Assembly (NCBI RefSeq): GCF_024228675.1
Contig: NZ_CP100461.1
Span: forward strand, 2,103,397 to 2,167,396
Origin: Salinigranum marinum
GTDB lineage: Archaea; Halobacteriota; Halobacteria; Halobacteriales; Haloferacaceae
Reading direction: 5' to 3'
Length of the DNA stretch: 64,000 nt
In this document: positions 9,987 to 19,223 of the stretch, piece by piece
Layout: each line of letters opens with the position of its first letter
How positions within the stretch are numbered: the stretch's first letter is position 1
Made by a program: the position numbers and the translations under genes
The notes under the pieces: generated by a model
Seen by the model: the letters and a program-made list of their open reading frames with translations, nothing else
The model's database searches: none
What the model was told of the DNA's origin: nothing

Positions 9987-10904
9987 ATGGCCACACTCGA
10001 AATCAAGAACCTCCACGCCGAGGTCGCAGAGGACGACGGCGAAGTCATTCTCCGGGGCGTCGACCTGGAGGTACGCTCGGGCGAGATTCACGCACTGATG
10101 GGTCCGAACGGATCGGGCAAATCGACGACTGCGAAGATCATCGCCGGTCACCCCGCCTACGAGGTCACCGACGGCGAGATCCTCCTGCACCTCGACGAGG
10201 AGGAGTTCGGCGAGGACATCGAGATCCCCGCGAACATGCAGACGTGGGACCTCCTCGCCCTCGAACCGAACGAGCGGGCCGCGCTCGGCATCTTCCTGGG
10301 TTTCCAGTATCCCGCAGAGATCGAGGGCGTCACGATGACGAACTTCCTCCGGCAGGCGCTCAACGCCAAGCTCGAAGAGCGCGAGGAGCTGTTCGAGGGC
10401 GACGACGAGGACGAGGCCGAGGCCGAAGAGGAAGACGCCGGCTACGAGACCTCCCCGATGGAGGGTCCCGCCGACGAGGGTGAGGTCGGCGTCGCGGAGT
10501 TCCAGCAGCTCCTCAAGGAGAAGATGGAGCTGCTCGACATGGACGAGAAGTTCGCCCAGCGCTACCTCAACGCGGGCTTCTCCGGCGGCGAGAAGAAGCA
10601 GAACGAGGTTCTCCAGGCGGCGATCCTCGAACCGTCGGTCGCGGTACTCGACGAGATCGACTCCGGGCTGGACATCGACCGCCTCCAGGACGTCTCGAAG
10701 GGGATCAACGCCCTGCGCGACGAGCAGGGGACGGGCATCCTGCAGATCACCCACTACCAGCGCATCCTCGAGTACGTCGAGCCCGACCACGTCCACATCA
10801 TGCTCGACGGCAAGGTCGTCAAGAGCGGCAGTGCCGACCTCGCCCGTCAGCTCGAGGACAAGGGCTACGACTGGATCCGCGAGGAAGTGTACGAGGCGGC
10901 GTAA
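9987..10904 (+). CDS. sufC: Fe-S cluster assembly ATPase SufC
   Basis: Walker [13 protein letters not shown] signature FSGGEKK, Walker [11 protein letters not shown], His-loop ITHY. Haloarchaeal acidic insertion ([18 protein letters not shown]). Confidence 0.93.
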   Translation: MATLEIKNLHAEVAEDDGEVILRGVDLEVRSGEIHALMGPNGSGKSTTAKIIAGHPAYEVTDGEILLHLDEEEFGEDIEIPANMQTWDLLALEPNERAALGIFLGFQYPAEIEGVTMTNFLRQALNAKLEEREELFEGDDEDEAEAEEEDAGYETSPMEGPADEGEVGVAEFQQLLKEKMELLDMDEKFAQRYLNAGFSGGEKKQNEVLQAAILEPSVAVLDEIDSGLDIDRLQDVSKGINALRDEQGTGILQITHYQRILEYVEPDHVHIMLDGKVVKSGSADLARQLEDKGYDWIREEVYEAA

Positions 10905-10962
10905 CTGTGAGTGGTTACGCACAAGGTCATAAGCAACGAACCGTAACAACACGACACACATC

Positions 10963-12393
10963 ATGAGCTCCGAACAAGACCACCTCAAAGAGACCGACAC
11001 CGAAGCCCGCTTCGAATTCAAGAAGGAGCAGAAGTCCTCCTTCCAGGCGGAGAAGGGCCTCACCGAGGAGACGATTCGCGTCATAAGCGAAGACAAAGAC
11101 GAACCGGAGTGGATGCTGAAGCGTCGCCTCCGCGCGCTGAAGCAGTTCCACGAGATGCCGATGCCGACCGACTGGCCCGGCCAGCCGGACCTCTCCGAAG
11201 TCGACGTCAACGAGATCGTGCCGTACATCCGGCCGGACGTCGAGACTCGCGGCGGCGTCGACGACTGGACCGACCTGCCCGACGACATCAAGGACACGTT
11301 CGACAAGTTGGGGATCCCCGAGGCCGAGAAGAACGCGCTCTCGGGCGTCGGTGCCCAGTACGAGTCCGAAGTCGTCTACCAGAACATGCAGGAGCGCTGG
11401 GAGGAGAAGGGCGTCGTCTTCTGCAACATGGACAAGGCCGTCCAGGAGTACCCCGACCTCGTCCGCGAGCACTTCATGACGAAGTGCGTTCCGCCCTCCG
11501 ATAACAAGTTCGCCGCCCTGCACGGCGCGGTGTGGTCCGGCGGCTCGTTCGTCTACGTCCCAGAGGGCGTGACGGTCGAGATGCCAGTCCAGGCGTACTT
11601 CCGGATGAACTCCGAAGGGATGGGCCAGTTCGAGCACACGCTCATCATCGCCGAGGAGGGGAGCGAGGTCCACTACATCGAGGGCTGCTCGGCTCCGAAG
11701 TACTCCGCGTTCAACCTCCACTCCGGCGGTGTCGAGGTCTTCGTGGGAGAAGACGCTCACGTCCAGTACTCGACGGTGCAGAACTGGTCGAAGAACACGT
11801 ACAACCTCAACACCAAGCGCGCAATCGTCGAGAAGGGCGGTCGCATGGAGTGGATCTCGGGCTCGATGGGCTCGAAGGCCACCATGCTCTACCCCTCGTC
11901 GGTGCTGAAGGGTCGCGGTGCCTCGGACAACCACATCACAATCGCGTTCGCGGGCAAGGGCCAGAACATCGACACCGGTGCGAAGGTGTACCACAACGCC
12001 CCCGAGACGAAGTCGACGATCGAGTCCAAGAGTGTCAGCAAGGACGGCGGCCGGACCAACTACAGAGGACTGGTCCACATCGCCGACGGCGCACACGACT
12101 CCTCGACGGCGGTCGAGTGTGACGCGCTGATGTTCGACAACGACTCGACCTCCGACACGATGCCGTACATGGAGATCAACGAGTCGACCGTCGACGTGGC
12201 CCACGAGGCCACCGTGGGCAAGATCGGCGACGAGGACGTCTTCTACCTCCAGTCGCGCGGGCTGGACGACGACGACGCCAAGCAGATGATCGTCTCGGGC
12301 TTCATCGAGCCCATCACCGAAGAGCTGCCGATCGAGTACGCGGTCGAACTCAACCGCCTGGTGGAACTCGAGATGGAGGGGAGCCTCGGATAA
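10963..12393 (+). CDS. sufB: Fe-S cluster assembly protein SufB
   Basis: 476 aa with SufB/SufD beta-helix family composition. Lies immediately after sufC. Confidence 0.92.
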   Translation: MSSEQDHLKETDTEARFEFKKEQKSSFQAEKGLTEETIRVISEDKDEPEWMLKRRLRALKQFHEMPMPTDWPGQPDLSEVDVNEIVPYIRPDVETRGGVDDWTDLPDDIKDTFDKLGIPEAEKNALSGVGAQYESEVVYQNMQERWEEKGVVFCNMDKAVQEYPDLVREHFMTKCVPPSDNKFAALHGAVWSGGSFVYVPEGVTVEMPVQAYFRMNSEGMGQFEHTLIIAEEGSEVHYIEGCSAPKYSAFNLHSGGVEVFVGEDAHVQYSTVQNWSKNTYNLNTKRAIVEKGGRMEWISGSMGSKATMLYPSSVLKGRGASDNHITIAFAGKGQNIDTGAKVYHNAPETKSTIESKSVSKDGGRTNYRGLVHIADGAHDSSTAVECDALMFDNDSTSDTMPYMEINESTVDVAHEATVGKIGDEDVFYLQSRGLDDDDAKQMIVSGFIEPITEELPIEYAVELNRLVELEMEGSLG

Positions 12394-12394
12394 C

Positions 12395-13609
12395 ATGAGC
12401 ACACAACTGCCAGCCAGCATCTCTGAGGAGACGGTCCGACAGCTCTCCGAGGAGCGCGACGAACCCGAGTGGCTGCTGGAGACGCGACTGGAGGCGCTCG
12501 CCGCGCTTTCGGACGCGGAGCTGCCGGACGTCATCCAGACGCCCGGTCGCCGGTGGACGAACCTCGCTGTGCTCGACTTCGAGGAGCTCGTCGACCCGCT
12601 CGCCCAGACCGAAGAGCGCGACCTCGTCTCGCCCGAATCCGAGGTCGAAGTGCTGTCGTTCGTCGACGCCGTCGCGGAGCACGAGGAGGTCGTCCGCGAC
12701 TCCTTCGGGAGCGTCATCGATCCCGAGCGCGACTACCTGACGGCGCTCTCGGTGGCGCTCTTCTCGTCGGGGACGCTCGTCTACGTCCCCGAGGGTGTCG
12801 ACGCCGAGGACGTGAAGATCCGGACGCGGATGGAGGGCCGGTCGCTGTTCAACCACACCCTCGTCGTGACCGAGGACTCCTCGTCGGTGACGATCCTCGA
12901 ACGACAGTCGTCGGAGCCCTACAGCGAGGAGGGGATGCGCTACTACAGCGGCCTCGTCGAGATCGACGCCGGCGAGAACTCGTACGTCCAGTACGGCGCG
13001 CTCCAGAACCTCTCGGAAGAGACGTACAACTACACGCTGAAGCGCGGCGTCACCGACACCTACTCGACCGTGAACTTCATCGAGGGGAACCTCGGGTCGC
13101 GGCTGACCCGGTCGGACATCGAGACCGAGCTCAACGGCGACTCCTCGGAGACGAAGATCGTCGGCGCGTTCTTCGGTCACCGTGACCAGCACTTCGACGT
13201 CAACGCCCGCGTCTGGCACCAGGCCGAACACACCACCGCCGACCTCGTCACCCGCGGCGTCCTCGACGAGGAAGCACGGTCGGTGTACGAAGGGGTCCAA
13301 GACGTCGGCCGCGGCGCGTGGGACACCAACTCCTACCAGCGCGAGAACACGCTGATGCTCTCGGACGACTCCGAGGCCGACGCCTCGCCGAAGCTCATCA
13401 TCCACAACCACGACACCGAAGCGAGCCACTCCGCGACGGTCGGGCAGGTCGACCAGGAGGACCTCTTCTACATGACTTCCCGGGGCATCCCGCATCTGAC
13501 GGCGCGGAACATGCTCGTCGAGGGCTTCTTCGTGCCGGTCCTCGAGGAGATCGCGGTCGACGAACTCCGCGACGACCTCGAAGAACTGATCGCCGCGCGG
13601 CTCCGGTAA
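12395..13609 (+). CDS. sufD: Fe-S cluster assembly protein SufD
   Basis: 404-aa SufB/D-family paralogue. ATG is 1 nt after the sufB TAA; completes the sufCBD operon. Confidence 0.88.
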   Translation: MSTQLPASISEETVRQLSEERDEPEWLLETRLEALAALSDAELPDVIQTPGRRWTNLAVLDFEELVDPLAQTEERDLVSPESEVEVLSFVDAVAEHEEVVRDSFGSVIDPERDYLTALSVALFSSGTLVYVPEGVDAEDVKIRTRMEGRSLFNHTLVVTEDSSSVTILERQSSEPYSEEGMRYYSGLVEIDAGENSYVQYGALQNLSEETYNYTLKRGVTDTYSTVNFIEGNLGSRLTRSDIETELNGDSSETKIVGAFFGHRDQHFDVNARVWHQAEHTTADLVTRGVLDEEARSVYEGVQDVGRGAWDTNSYQRENTLMLSDDSEADASPKLIIHNHDTEASHSATVGQVDQEDLFYMTSRGIPHLTARNMLVEGFFVPVLEEIAVDELRDDLEELIAARLR

Positions 13610-13645
13610 CGCCGCAGCGCGGTCCGGTTCCACGCGAATCCCGCC

Positions 13646-13650
13646 TTTTT
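13646..13650. terminator. T5 tract (cgccTTTTTctcc) between convergent sufD and fbp
   Basis: Only T-run in the 77-bp convergent intergenic region. Confidence 0.3.
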
Positions 13651-13686
13651 CTCCCTCACTCGACCGGACGATGCCGCCACGGCGGC

Positions 13687-14826
13687 TCAGTCGTCGTCGG
13701 CTTCGACCGGGCCGGTGTCACCCGCAGACGGCGAGACCTCGAACCGCTCGTCGAGCGCGTCGACGACCGCGGCCCAGCCGCCGTACTCCAGTTCGGAGGA
13801 CTCGACGGTGCCGGGGCCGAAGCTCCCTTGCCGATCGCGGAACTCGCGGAACTCGCGGGCGGCGTCGTCACGCACCGAGTCCCAGAACGACGCGTCGAAC
13901 GGATACACCGGTTCGGAGAACTGCCCGTCGTTCAGCACCATCCCCACTGCCTTCACCAGCGGCGGCCCGTCGTAGTACGACGGGATCTCGGAGTCGTCGC
14001 TCCGCACGGGGTAGAGGACGCCGTGGTGTGACCCCCGCATCGCGCCGGCGACGTACGGCGGCGTGCCGTACGGCTGGACGACCTCGCCGGGCGACGGGAA
14101 GTCCTTCTGCGTGCGGACGATCGCGACGGGGTCGTCCTTGCCGACGTACTCGCCGGCGATGTTGTGCAGGCGCTGGGTCGACACCGCGGCGACGGTCGCG
14201 CCGGTCGCCCGCGAGTGGATCTTCCGGACGGCGAACCGGTGCGGCTCCATCAACAGCGCCAGCAGTCGCCAGGAGTCCTCGGGAACGTCGAGTTCGACGA
14301 CGCGCTCGCCCTCGGTGTGTTCGAGGTCCATGACCTCGAAGGTGAATCCCTCGTGGATAGTGTCTTTCAGCAGGAGTCCGCCCGTGTGACGGGGGTCCGC
14401 GAAGGTCGTATAGAGCGGCTGGTTGAACGCCCCGGGCTCGGTCTTGTCGGCCCCGAACACCAGGAAGGGCTCGCTCTCGCGCTCTTCGAGGGCGAGTTCG
14501 GCGACGCCGGGGCCGAGCCCCCGGACGTTGCCCGAGAAGGCGTCCTTCAGGAGGTCCTGCCCCGCCCCGTACAGGCCCTGCTCCTCGGCGACCGTCGTGC
14601 CGGCCTCGAAGGCGTCCCACGCGAGTTGGTGGATCACCTCGGCGTCCTCGCCCTCGCGGTGGCTCATCAGTAGGTCGATGTCGTCACCGACGGTAAACAC
14701 CCAGTAGTCGTCGAGGACGTCCGCCGCTGCGAGACGTGACTCGACCGCCTCGACCACCTCGTCGGTGGGACGGAGGTGTCCGGCGTTGCTTCCCACGTCC
14801 GCCTTGATGCACGACAGGGTTCGCAT
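13687..14826 (-). CDS. fbp: Archaeal fructose-1,6-bisphosphate aldolase/phosphatase (class V FBPase)
   Basis: 379 aa. N-terminus MRTLSCIKADVGS matches the FBPase V signature (...VIKADVGG). Length is typical of the family. Confidence 0.85.
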   Translation of the reverse strand: MRTLSCIKADVGSNAGHLRPTDEVVEAVESRLAAADVLDDYWVFTVGDDIDLLMSHREGEDAEVIHQLAWDAFEAGTTVAEEQGLYGAGQDLLKDAFSGNVRGLGPGVAELALEERESEPFLVFGADKTEPGAFNQPLYTTFADPRHTGGLLLKDTIHEGFTFEVMDLEHTEGERVVELDVPEDSWRLLALLMEPHRFAVRKIHSRATGATVAAVSTQRLHNIAGEYVGKDDPVAIVRTQKDFPSPGEVVQPYGTPPYVAGAMRGSHHGVLYPVRSDDSEIPSYYDGPPLVKAVGMVLNDGQFSEPVYPFDASFWDSVRDDAAREFREFRDRQGSFGPGTVESSELEYGGWAAVVDALDERFEVSPSAGDTGPVEADDD

Positions 14827-14940
14827 GGCTCGGATACTACTGTGTTACGAAACGGAGTTAAGTGTTACTGGTGCTACAACTAGAGTGTCCGTTCGGACGG
14901 GACGGAGATGATCGTGTACCCGGCCGGAGGTGGACCCCGG

Positions 14941-16803
14941 TCAGACGTGCTCGTCCAGGAACGCGACGATCTCCCGGTACGCTTCGATGCGGTTCTCCAG
15001 CTTTGAGAAGCCGTGGCCCTCGTCGTCGAAGACGAGTTCGCGGACGGGGACCCCCTGGTCGCGCGCCTCCTCGACGATCTGGTGTGCCTCGCTCACGGGG
15101 ACGCGCGGATCGTTCGCCCCGTGGAGAACGAACAGCGGCGTGGCGATGTGTTCGATGTTGTTGATCGGCGAGATCCGCTCGAGGAACTCGCGGTCCTCGG
15201 CGAGCGAACCGTACTCGGCCTCGCGGAGTTTTCGCCGCCAGTCGCCCGTGTTCTCGAGGAAGGTGACGAAGTTGGCGATGCCGACGATGTCGACGCCGGC
15301 GGCCCACAGGTCGGGGTACTCCGTGAGTGCGGCGAGCACCATGAAGCCGCCGTACGAGCCGCCCATGGCGACGATCCGGTCGGGGTCGACTGCGGGGTGG
15401 TCGTGGAGCCACTCGACGGCGGCCTCGATGTCGGCGACGGAGTCCATCCGGTTTTCGACGTCGTCGAGGTGACCGTACGCCTTCCCGTAGCCCGAGGAGC
15501 CGCGGACGTTCGGCTCGAACACCGCGTAGCCGTGGTTGATGAAGTACTGTTTCGTCGCCGAGAACGACGGACGGCGCTGTGATTCGGGGCCGCCGTGGAT
15601 GTCGACGATGACCGGTACAGTGCCCTCGGTGTCGGGCACCGAGAAGTACGCGGGGATCTCCCGGCCGTCGAACGTGGGGTAGTGGACGAGTTCGGGCCCG
15701 ACGAACGTGTCGCGCGGGATCCCCGCGGTCGCGGCGCGCGTCCAGCGTTCGGTCTCGCCCGAGCGGACGTCGACGACGTGGACGTTCGTGTTGTCGGCCG
15801 CGGCCGACGCCGAGAGCGCGAACCGGTCGCCGGCGTCGTCGAAGCTCACGCCGCCAGCGGTCCCCGGAGGGAGGTCGGGCGTCGGAAGCGGGTCGACGCG
15901 GCCCGGTGCGGGGAGTTCGCCCACGGTGAGTTCGGTGTAGCCGTCGACGTTGCGTGAGAACACCAGCCGACGGGCGTCGTGGTCGACGGCGACGCCGTCG
16001 ACCTCCCAGTCGCCGTCGGGCGAGTTACGGTTCGGTCGATCCTCGTAGTCGCCCTCGACGGCCACCGGCGACAGTTCGCCCGTCGAGAGGTCGATCCGTG
16101 CGAGGTACAGCGTGTCGGCGTCGCCGTCGTCGGTGACGAGGTAGACGTTCTCCCCGTCGGGACCCCACGAGGCGCTCTGATACCGGACGCTCCCCTCGTG
16201 GGGCGTGAGGTGCCGGAGTTCGCCCGACTCGACGTCGAGCACCGAGACGTCCTGATCGAAGTTCGAGTATGCCTCGGTCACCAACAGCCGGGAGTCGTCG
16301 GGCGACCACCCGTCGAGGGTGAGCCAGCCGTCGCCCTCCGTGACGAGTCGGGCGTCGTCGCCGGCCCCCTCGCGACCCTGGACGTAGACGTCGAAGACGG
16401 CCTCGTCCCGCCGGTTGGAGGTAAACGCGATCCGCTCGCCGTCGTGACTCCACCCACCCCAGCGGTGTTTCGCCTCGGGCATCGCCGTGAGGGCCCTGCT
16501 CTCGCCGGTCGACGGGGTGAGCGCGAACAACTGTTCCCGTTCGTTGCCGCCCTCGTCCATGCCGAAGACGAGTTCTGGACGCTCCGGCGACCAGGAGACG
16601 AACGTGACGCGCTCGTCGAAGAACGTGTGTTGCTCCGGCCACGCGCCGGGGGCGTCGAGCGTCCACACCTGCGGGACGCCCGTCGTGTCCATCAGGAACG
16701 CGAGCGTGCCGTCGGGCCCGAACGAGGCACCGTACGCGCTGCGGATGTTCAGATACCGGTCGATGTCGAAGGTGGGACGTGGCCGGGCGTCGGAGTCCGT
16801 CAT
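14941..16803 (-). CDS. S9-family serine peptidase (acylaminoacyl-peptidase / prolyl oligopeptidase-like) with an N-terminal beta-propeller
   Basis: 620 aa. Repeated WD/TolB-like propeller blades. C-terminal alpha/beta hydrolase with the GGSYGGFM nucleophile elbow plus downstream Asp/His. Confidence 0.85.
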   Translation of the reverse strand: MTDSDARPRPTFDIDRYLNIRSAYGASFGPDGTLAFLMDTTGVPQVWTLDAPGAWPEQHTFFDERVTFVSWSPERPELVFGMDEGGNEREQLFALTPSTGESRALTAMPEAKHRWGGWSHDGERIAFTSNRRDEAVFDVYVQGREGAGDDARLVTEGDGWLTLDGWSPDDSRLLVTEAYSNFDQDVSVLDVESGELRHLTPHEGSVRYQSASWGPDGENVYLVTDDGDADTLYLARIDLSTGELSPVAVEGDYEDRPNRNSPDGDWEVDGVAVDHDARRLVFSRNVDGYTELTVGELPAPGRVDPLPTPDLPPGTAGGVSFDDAGDRFALSASAAADNTNVHVVDVRSGETERWTRAATAGIPRDTFVGPELVHYPTFDGREIPAYFSVPDTEGTVPVIVDIHGGPESQRRPSFSATKQYFINHGYAVFEPNVRGSSGYGKAYGHLDDVENRMDSVADIEAAVEWLHDHPAVDPDRIVAMGGSYGGFMVLAALTEYPDLWAAGVDIVGIANFVTFLENTGDWRRKLREAEYGSLAEDREFLERISPINNIEHIATPLFVLHGANDPRVPVSEAHQIVEEARDQGVPVRELVFDDEGHGFSKLENRIEAYREIVAFLDEHV

Positions 16804-16883
16804 CGAGCGCAGTTCGCTCGGCGGATGTTTACCCCTTTCCTCGGTGGGTCCCGGACGGACGGGTCGACCACCTCACCGGATGC

Positions 16884-16925
16884 GTCGATGGAAGGGGTCG
16901 ATCAGTCGATGGAAGGAGTCGATCG
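16884..16925. repeat. Tandem direct repeat, 2 x 21 bp (GTCGATGGAAGGGGTCGATCA / GTCGATGGAAGGAGTCGATCG), 80-125 bp upstream of the S9 peptidase start
   Basis: Read directly: the two units differ at 2 positions. Each unit carries an internal GTCGAT direct repeat. Confidence 0.6.
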
Positions 16926-17107
16926 GGCGACGGTTCAAATACGAAGCGGAAGCCACCGGCCGACGTGACCTGACTGTCGCCGTGTGGTGGACGCGGTCGT
17001 CCGGCACGACGCCACACGTGACGCCCGGCGTGCCGGCTGTTCGCACGCGGTGGGGGATCAAGCAACGAGCGGCTCAGGATGTATGCTCGGGTGTCCGTTC
17101 CGACGAC

Positions 17108-17392
17108 TCAGAGCATTCCTTCGGCTTTCAGGCCGGCCATGACGTCGTCGACGAGTTCGTCGAGCGACTCGTACGGGAACTCCTGGTGACCGCTGAGGTT
17201 CGCGGCGAGCTCCATCGCCGAGAAGGAGACGTCGCCCGCCTCGAACGTCGTTCCGGGGCCGTCGGGAAGGGCGGGGACCAGATCCATCTGGTTGGTGACG
17301 GGGAAATCAGCGGTGCCGAACGCGTCCTCGAACTGTGCGCGGAGTTCGGCTTCGACGTCAGTCATGGATGCATCCACCCCCAAGAACTTCAA
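17108..17392 (-). CDS. Small acidic hypothetical protein (94 aa)
   Basis: ORF with haloarchaeal acidic composition, lying between the S9 peptidase and the KaiC-like gene on the same strand. No recognisable motif. Confidence 0.45.
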   Translation of the reverse strand: MKFLGVDASMTDVEAELRAQFEDAFGTADFPVTNQMDLVPALPDGPGTTFEAGDVSFSAMELAANLSGHQEFPYESLDELVDDVMAGLKAEGML

Positions 17393-17424
17393 AAGCGTTC
17401 CGGAACTGGTGCCCGAGCGTCACG

Positions 17425-18111
17425 TCAGAGCGACGACCACGTGGTCGACTGGTCGGGTAGCCCGGAGACGCGCATCTCGCGCTCCCCGTCGTCGGTGAGC
17501 CGGACGTCGATCGCGGCGTCGAACGGCTGGGCGACGACGCTGGAGACGCGTTCGTCGTGCATCGCGGGGTTGAACGCGAAGACGCCGAGTTGGCCGGTCG
17601 AGCGGATCCGCCCGGTGAACGTGTGGAGGAAGCGGTAGACCGTCTGGACGTCCTCACAGTACATCAGGAGCGTCGAAACCGAGTCGAGGCCGACGCGGAG
17701 CCGACCGCGTGGCCCCTCGGTGAACGACCGGGCGAGCTTCGAGTACTGGATCCCCAGTCCGGTGAGGTCGTTCGGCTGTGAGACGCAGGCGACCGCACCG
17801 AGTCCGTCGGCCGGAGCCTCCCTTCCGCCGTCACAGGCGACGACTGCCAGCCGCGAGGCGGGGCAGCCCGTCACGTCGGTCCATCGGGTCGCGGTTCCGT
17901 GGAAGGTGTCGTCGGTGTCGACTAACAGCGTCCCACCCTGCCCGTGGGAGACCGGTGAGAGCAGACGCATCGCCAACTCGCCCGGCGCGGCAGCCGGGTC
18001 GCCGCGAACGACGAGCGTCGTTCCGGTGGAGACGGGCTGGAGCGGCAGGTCGGAGGTGAACTCGTAGCGGTCGCGCGTGGACGCGGCCTCGGAGCCGGAG
18101 TTGACGCTCAC
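17425..18111 (-). CDS. KaiC/RecA-superfamily-like protein with a degenerate P-loop (pseudo-ATPase), translationally coupled to the upstream REC-GAF gene
   Basis: GTG start overlaps the upstream TGA (GTGA). LVVRGDPAAAPGELAMRLL aligns to the KaiC Walker A LxxGxPGTGKT but lacks Lys/Thr. LRVGLDSVSTLL matches the KaiC Walker-B region hhhhDS. The longer ORF-track version (to 18426) is Arg-rich antisense of the REC gene. Confidence 0.6.
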   Translation of the reverse strand: MSVNSGSEAASTRDRYEFTSDLPLQPVSTGTTLVVRGDPAAAPGELAMRLLSPVSHGQGGTLLVDTDDTFHGTATRWTDVTGCPASRLAVVACDGGREAPADGLGAVACVSQPNDLTGLGIQYSKLARSFTEGPRGRLRVGLDSVSTLLMYCEDVQTVYRFLHTFTGRIRSTGQLGVFAFNPAMHDERVSSVVAQPFDAAIDVRLTDDGEREMRVSGLPDQSTTWSSL

Positions 18112-18998
18112 GCGTCGGCCCTCCCAGCCTCCGCCAGCCGGCGACGGAGTTCGAGCTGTTCGGACGCTTCGGCCGCGAACAGTCGCAGCGTCGCGCGTTC
18201 GTCGGCTGTGTACGTCCGCGGCTCGTCGTCGAGGACACAGAACATCCCGATGGTCTCGCCGTCCGTCGTGGTCAGCTTCGCCCCGGCGTACGAGCGGATA
18301 CCGAGTTCGTGGAGGAGTTCGTTCGTCTCGAAGAGCGGATCCTGCTGGACGTCCTCGATGACGGTGACGTCGCTTTCGAGGATGGCGTACGTACAGACGG
18401 TCTTCTCGCGGGGCAACGACTCCCACTCGGCGCCGTAACAGGATGCGAACCGTTCCTCGTGGGCGTCGACGAGGCCGACGAACGCGAAAGCCGCGTCGAA
18501 CTGTCGCGAGGCGAGTTCCGTCAGGCGGTCGAAGGCGTCGGTCGCCGCGAGCCCGTCGACGTCGTACGACGCGACCGCGGCCAACCGTGCTCCTTCGTCG
18601 TCTGGAAGCGGGTACGCGGTGTGTGTCCGCGCCGTCGTCACGCTCTCGACCAGTTCGGGGAGATACTCGTAGTCCGCCGGGGTCTCCTTCTGGAGGTAGT
18701 CGACGACCGCGTGAGCCGTCTCACTGGTGTCGATTTCGGCGAACGGCGCGTCGGTAAAGAGCACACAGCCGATGTCGGGGTGGACTTCCCTGGCGGCCGC
18801 GACGACGTCCAACCCGGTCCCGTCGGGGAGTTCGTACTCCGTGACGAGGCAGTCGAACAGCGCCGAGTCGAGTGCCTCCTCGGCCGCCCCGACCGAGTCA
18901 CACCCCGTGGGACGCAGCTCGCCGGTCCCGGACAGTGCCTGCATCGTCCGTTCGCGTGCCGACGCGTCGGCGTCGACACAGAGGACGGCGGACTGCAT
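18108..18998 (-). CDS. Response regulator: CheY-like receiver domain fused to a GAF domain
   Basis: REC motifs VLCVDAD, phospho-acceptor in FDCLVTEYELPDGTG, CVLFTDA, YLQK. The C-terminal ~150 aa have a GAF-like pattern. Confidence 0.8.
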   Translation of the reverse strand: MQSAVLCVDADASARERTMQALSGTGELRPTGCDSVGAAEEALDSALFDCLVTEYELPDGTGLDVVAAAREVHPDIGCVLFTDAPFAEIDTSETAHAVVDYLQKETPADYEYLPELVESVTTARTHTAYPLPDDEGARLAAVASYDVDGLAATDAFDRLTELASRQFDAAFAFVGLVDAHEERFASCYGAEWESLPREKTVCTYAILESDVTVIEDVQQDPLFETNELLHELGIRSYAGAKLTTTDGETIGMFCVLDDEPRTYTADERATLRLFAAEASEQLELRRRLAEAGRADA

Positions 18999-19223
18999 CT
19001 ACTCGGACCCTCTGTCGGTACATCGAACGACAACTCGTCGGTGGACAGCGTGCGGCCAGCGGCGCGGTGTCGCACGCGGCCCCCGGTGGTTCACACTCAT
19101 CTACGGACGACGAGAAGCCGGTCGTGCGAATAAGTATTCGGTGCCAACTATCAACAGTGAAAGCGCCTTCGCAGCCGCTCCTCCGGGGACGGAACTATAC
19201 GCCGCGGAACCCATCCGGTGGGC

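Noticed and set aside
17425-18426. ORF-track 333-aa version of the KaiC-like gene
   Set aside because: Its first ~105 codons overlap the REC-GAF gene in antisense-like Arg-rich sequence. A GTG overlapping the upstream stop (18109-18111) gives a sensible 228-aa protein instead.
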